A DNA stretch of 64,000 bases from Schmidtea polychroa. Lineage: Eukaryota. The notes under the pieces were generated by a model. That model was not told the origin of the DNA, made no database searches, and was given only the letters and a program-made list of their open reading frames with translations. A program made the position numbers and the translations under genes. This document shows, in pieces, positions 58,795 through 64,000 of this stretch (position 1 is the stretch's first letter; the number at the start of each line of letters is the position of its first letter). Location of the stretch: assembly GCA_044892525.1 (NCBI GenBank), contig CM097885.1, positions 237,460,001 through 237,524,000 of the forward strand. The letters run 5' to 3'.

Positions 58795-59163
58795 CAGTGG
58801 TTCTCAATTAATATAAAAGTGCGAAAAACCATTCACATATTTTTTTTACGCGGAACACTGACAAAAAGATACTTGCACACAATGAGTGACCAATCACAAA
58901 TTACTATAAATCTGTCGTAAACGTAAACAATGCCTTCTTATAAGCAAAGAAAATACCACGCGCAACAATAACAAGTAATAAAAACACTTTTATATTTGTA
59001 TGTTTATATATCTGTGTAACGGCTTTCTTATTGAATCATCTTATAAAAAAATTAATTGAGGTTTTTGATGATATGTATCTTAAATACAAATTTAAAGATA
59101 GAATGTCATTTTTTTCGCGGAACACTGGAAGCGTAATCGCGGAACACGGATTGAGAACCACTG
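58795..59163. mobile_element. hAT-derived MITE (369 bp)
   Basis: Perfect TIRs CAGTGGTTCTCAA; perfect 8-bp TSD ATCTAACT; three CGCGGAACAC subterminal motifs. Confidence 0.88.
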
Positions 59164-61444
59164 ATCTAACTTTTACTAATGGATACAATAAATAAGAAAA
59201 GCGCTGTCGCTAATATGTGGTTTTTATAAAATTCTGTTGTCGGGTAATGCCTCACTCGCAAAGAAGTTCAAAAAAAATTTATTTTATGTACTTTAGTTTA
59301 TTAATACTGTTAATTTCAAAATTAACTCAAGATATTGACTTAGATAATCATACATTTTATTAATTCCGACAGTATGTGTGAGATTTTTATGACGTATGTT
59401 TTCCACTTTTCTTTTACCAGACCCTTTTGCAAAGTCATATACCTAGTTTAACACGTTCATGCCCTTGTATACTCACAGTTTATTATAAATCATTATACAT
59501 GATATACATACATATATACATACATAAATACTTTTTCAGCTTTACCGTAATGTACCACGTGTGGTACACGACTGCTGTTTGTTTACATACACTATTTTGG
59601 GCGTCGTGTACCACCAGTGGTGCATGATGTTCAAACGTTAAATAAACGAAAAAAGTAAAAATATCGTGAAAATGTTAAACATATCACAATAATTTATATT
59701 TTACTCCATTCAACTCTAATTTTACCAATATTTTTATGAAAATTTTTCATAATATTTATTAAATATTTTCCGTCCTTTAGTGGTAATTATGATAACTTGT
59801 ACAAAGTTACTTTGTATTTTAATAAGTGAGCTCGGGCACGAAGTAAAATAAAATTAATTAATCAATTAATAATTAAATGTAATTTGAATTAATTTGGGGA
59901 ATCTCATGATGTCTGATTATTTCATTGATTATTGTGCTATAATCCTACAATCAATATTAGTGCATGTAAATTTTTTTTGACGGTTCCAGGTATTTTAAAT
60001 TCTAAATTTTAACCGGTGAAACACCCCTAACACTCCCACTCACCCAATAATTTAAAATTCTTAAAAAACCAACACGATAAGAAGTATTATAGCAATACCT
60101 TATTATTACCAAATTGCACATTTTCATTTACGAACTGTAATAATAAATAATATACTAATAATATAAGGTAGCGGTAGCTTTCACAACAAAACAACAACAT
60201 CATAAATACTTCCAAACTGGGTTTGGCTCGAGTTCTATTTCCATAGACACTTGCGTGCATTCATCAATTGCTGATCTAAGGTGTATGATTCGGCAATTTC
60301 AACATCAGAACACCTGACATTCGATAAATACATACTTTTTTTCAAATTTTCATCACCAAATTTAATTAACCAAAATTTTAAAGATAAAGACTAATTATTC
60401 TTGAGCATTAGTGCCGGTGCAAAGTACCAGCATAAAAGTCCCGATCGGTGTCTCACTCTGTGAAGCACCGGCTCCACTTCAACACTGCTATTGAATTGTT
60501 TGTCTTTCCCAATCTTCCTTACCAGAAACATCCGTGACTGCTTAGGTATTGATCATGTGCCGTTTCTATCACATATTGGGAATTCGGTCACTTTAATGGA
60601 AAACATAAAAATAAAATGAGACTTTATTATTTTAGTATGTAGGATATTTTATTTAAATGGCTCCTAAATAGGCCCAATATGATACAACGTTTTATTAACT
60701 GAGTTCAAGAAAGTATATTGACCTTTTCAAAAGTTAAAAATTTGATAAAAATTAGTTATGATATAAAAAAATAATCAATAAATTGTATTATACAATACAT
60801 ACAAACTCACTTGTGTGCTAAAAATTCATTAACAGTTACACCTGTCAATTTATTATAGGATTCCAGAAAGGGTAGAAAATATTAATGAAACATACAAACA
60901 TAGCGAGTACAATTTCTATAATAAATAAAACACACAAAAAAGCAATAAAATACACCATCTAAAAAGATAATAAATTAAAATAATAAATTTTGGGCTATTG
61001 GTTTTATAAATTTTTAAATTTTGATATTTAGTTGATTATTTAATAAATTTCATTTCATTTTTTTGAAATAATTTCTTTGGTAAACCTCTTGGAAAAAAGT
61101 GGGTCAAAAAAGCCACCCTTTTCTTCACTATTATTTTTTCAACATAATGCAGAACACAAACTAACTGGGCGACGAGTGACTAATTGTTCTCGAAAGATCA
61201 AATTAGGACACGTGTCACTCAACGCGAGCGATGCGTTCTCTAGACTGGTGGAGGTGCTCTCGGGCAAATCACAAAGGGTTTAAAATCCACATAAATAATT
61301 TAAAAGTAAAATTTCCAGAATTTCTTATAAAATCTTGACAATAATTTAACTTTGACAATCATGCCAACATACTCAGAAAAGTTTATATCAAATACAACGT
61401 TTACATATTATATAAAGCTACACTAGAAAAAGGAAATTACAACG

Positions 61445-61740
61445 CAGTGCCGGCTTTAGGAATAGGCGACATAGGCGGCTGCCTAGAGCGGCATTATTTT
61501 AAGGGGCTGCAAAATTATGAAAAATTAAAATTTAAAAATATTTTTTATGTTATGAAAATTATTTGTTGTGCTTCGTGCCACTAATATCACATTTTATATA
61601 TCACAAAAAATATATGGCGCTTTTTATGTAGCACCAAATTGACTAAGACTGGCATTGAGATCACCCCCGTGGTAACAGATTACCCCAACTGATTACCCGC
61701 CTAGAGCTCATTATTTCAAAATTGTCTAAAGCCGGCAATG
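61445..61740. mobile_element. hAT-derived MITE (296 bp), older copy
   Basis: TIRs CA(G/T)TGCCGGCTTTAG; GCCTAGAGC subterminal motif near both ends; TSD degenerate (TTACAACG/TTAAAATG). Confidence 0.65.
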
Positions 61741-62727
61741 TTAAAATGCTATTTATTGATTAGTTTATTCAAATTTTGATTACTAATTTCACTCTTAATG
61801 GTTGTCTTTCAATATTAATTCCCATTATCTTTTGTTTCAAATTAATAATTTTTAACACAATTTTCGTCACAACCATTTTCAATTTTAAAACAATTTATAC
61901 AATTTTTGTTTTTAATTAAATTTAAATTTCTTCGTTCATTTCTATTGAAAATATTTAAAATTTTTTATTTATTATTCTTTGACATATTCGTTTTTGAGAC
62001 AACAATTACATTATTCTTCCTATTATAGACAGTAAAGCTTTCTTCAATCTTTAGTATATTCTAAAGAGAAGTTAGTAAACCCGAATAATAATAATAGTAA
62101 TAATAATTATCTGATTTTACTATCACTTTCACTTTCTATTTAAAAAATTGCTTTAATTCTTTTTAAATTAATGACTTCATTCATGTTATTTGAAATTTAT
62201 TTTTAAATTCAAATTAATTAATCAATCAATTCTGTAAAATATTTTGTATACTATTTGACTCATTTACATATAAAAATTTCTATTATTGAATTTACTATCG
62301 AAATTATTCCATTAATTTCTTTCGATTTTCTTGTCAATTTTAGAAGTGACTCTTCATCTATACCTACAGCAGTTTTTAACAGTATATAAACTTTAAATTT
62401 ATAAAAAATGCAATAAATAATTTATTTAAAGAATATAAAAAATAATCACTATTTTTAAAAAATTCCACAAAAATATAATTAATATTTAGATAATTTATCT
62501 ACAATATTTAGAATGCCTAAAACTGTGATTGTACATCTTTATGATGTCTTGTATACAATTTTACACAATTACTGGATGTTGAATAACTTTTATTTGAATT
62601 ATTACTTTCCAGTTTTTTTCGTAAGGAATACCTAAAACAAATTTATATAATTCCTAATTTTTTAATATAATTAATAAAATACAACAATTTATATATTTTT
62701 TTAGATTACATGTAATATTTAAAATAT

Positions 62728-62882
62728 NNNNNNNNNNNNNNNNNNNNNNNNNNNNNNNNNNNNNNNNNNNNNNNNNNNNNNNNNNNNNNNNNNNNNNNNN
62801 NNNNNNNNNNNNNNNNNNNNNNNNNNNNNNNNNNNNNNNNNNNNNNNNNNNNNNNNNNNNNNNNNNNNNNNNNNNNNNNNNN
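62728..62882. other. Assembly gap (155 N)
   Basis: Run of N; the ORF 62719-62961 that spans it is an artefact. Confidence 0.99.
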
Positions 62883-63566
62883 TGGGAAAATAAGCTATAT
62901 TAAATGAAGAATTCAATTCAATTGACCCTACACTACATATTGTATCACTGGTGATACACAATTATCTTATTAGAATAGAAACTGTCTCGCTCTTGTTCTC
63001 GGTAAATGTTCTCTCATATTACATTGTATTGGCTATATTTGCAATATAATACAAAAAAACCGTAATGTAATTCTCAATAGTTTTGTATTACCAAATCAAT
63101 TTTTAAAACGTCTTACAGTTTAAGTGAAACATTTTTTCCTATCAAATATAAAAAGTCATGCAGTGCAGGGTTAAGAAACTTAATTTTACATAATTTTTAA
63201 AATTATTACGTTATTTTCTGAATTATCTAATAATGAAAGTTTAAGTATAGTGCATTTAACTGCAATGAAAACAGTTAATTATTTTTCTTGATGAATCCAT
63301 ATTTCCATATGAAACCCATAAATTTACAAATGTTAAAAGCGATAATTCTTAACTATTTGTTTGAATTACCCATTTTAAGTGTAATAGTTCATGTTTAAAT
63401 CTAACGGCCCATTTTTATCTCATCTACTGATGTCGAAATCTATACTGTCGAAGTGTAATGATTATTCAGCAGAACTTTTGAAGATGTTTCGCCTATATAA
63501 AGATATCGTTTAATTATACTTTCACCTGCGGTAAAATCAAAAAGTACTACCAATATAATTAACTTT

Positions 63567-63715
63567 GTAATATTGAAGGGTTAAAAATACATAAAAACCA
63601 ATTGAATAAAGATTGTTCTGGATATAATTCAACTTTTGTGAGTGATTCTTATACATGTTTATTTCATAGAACCCAAATCGACCCAGAGTTAATATAAATT
63701 ACATTGGCGACCCGT
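63567..63715 (+). mobile_element. Possible 5' LTR end + PBS of another LTR retrotransposon
   Basis: ...ATTACA at 63703 is followed by TTGGCGACCC, with AATAAA at about 63605 and TGTAAT candidate starts upstream (63381, 63455, 63567). No second LTR or coding sequence in the window. Confidence 0.35.
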
Positions 63716-64000
63716 GGGGATTTAACGTAATTTCTTTCATTCTTTGTATTAGGATTCTCATCCGTTAAAACATTAACTTCGGTTGATAAATTGCTAAATA
63801 ACCCGATAAATTTTATTCAAGAAATTATGCACTGAAAGATTATCTGTCTTCTATTTGTTTGTTATTTAAACAAATTTCAATCTTCCTTTTAAAATATTTT
63901 TAAAATTTAAAAAAATTTCTAATTAAAACTTTTAGAATCTTTCAGTTTCCTCATACTTTAATTAGATTTTCTAATAGAAAACATTTCAAATATGGTGAAG

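Noticed and set aside
62719-62961. ORF spanning the N run
   Set aside because: It is an assembly-gap artefact.

Overview
AT-rich eukaryotic (metazoan) genomic DNA, not prokaryotic. Most genes have 40-55 bp GT-AG introns plus a few kb-sized introns full of transposon debris, and there is one assembly gap (62728-62882). The species cannot be determined from the sequence. Hand-spliced gene models keep frame across every junction: YIPF5/Yip1 (+, 6 exons, 2055-10770) with an intronless LRR-Ig transmembrane gene nested antisense in intron 3; a Ser/Arg/Lys-rich hypothetical gene (-); a 5'-incomplete coiled-coil gene (-); and a tight minus-strand trio of FBXL16, AFG3L2 and an FHL-like 4-LIM gene. A decayed dynamin-related (DRP1-like) pseudogene is largely invisible to the ORF track. 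Mobile DNA includes several hAT remnants (one complete Buster-type copy with perfect TSD), a Chapaev3-like element nested in a hAT, an IS630/Tc1-like element with tandem-array TIRs, three Ty3/Gypsy remnants, two Merlin-derived MITEs, hAT and pogo-type MITEs, and a Helitron-like element. The most notable non-coding signal is two minimal type I hammerhead ribozyme motifs of the Penelope-element type (17876-17912 and 40299-40337). All protein identifications rest on recalled motifs, not database searches.
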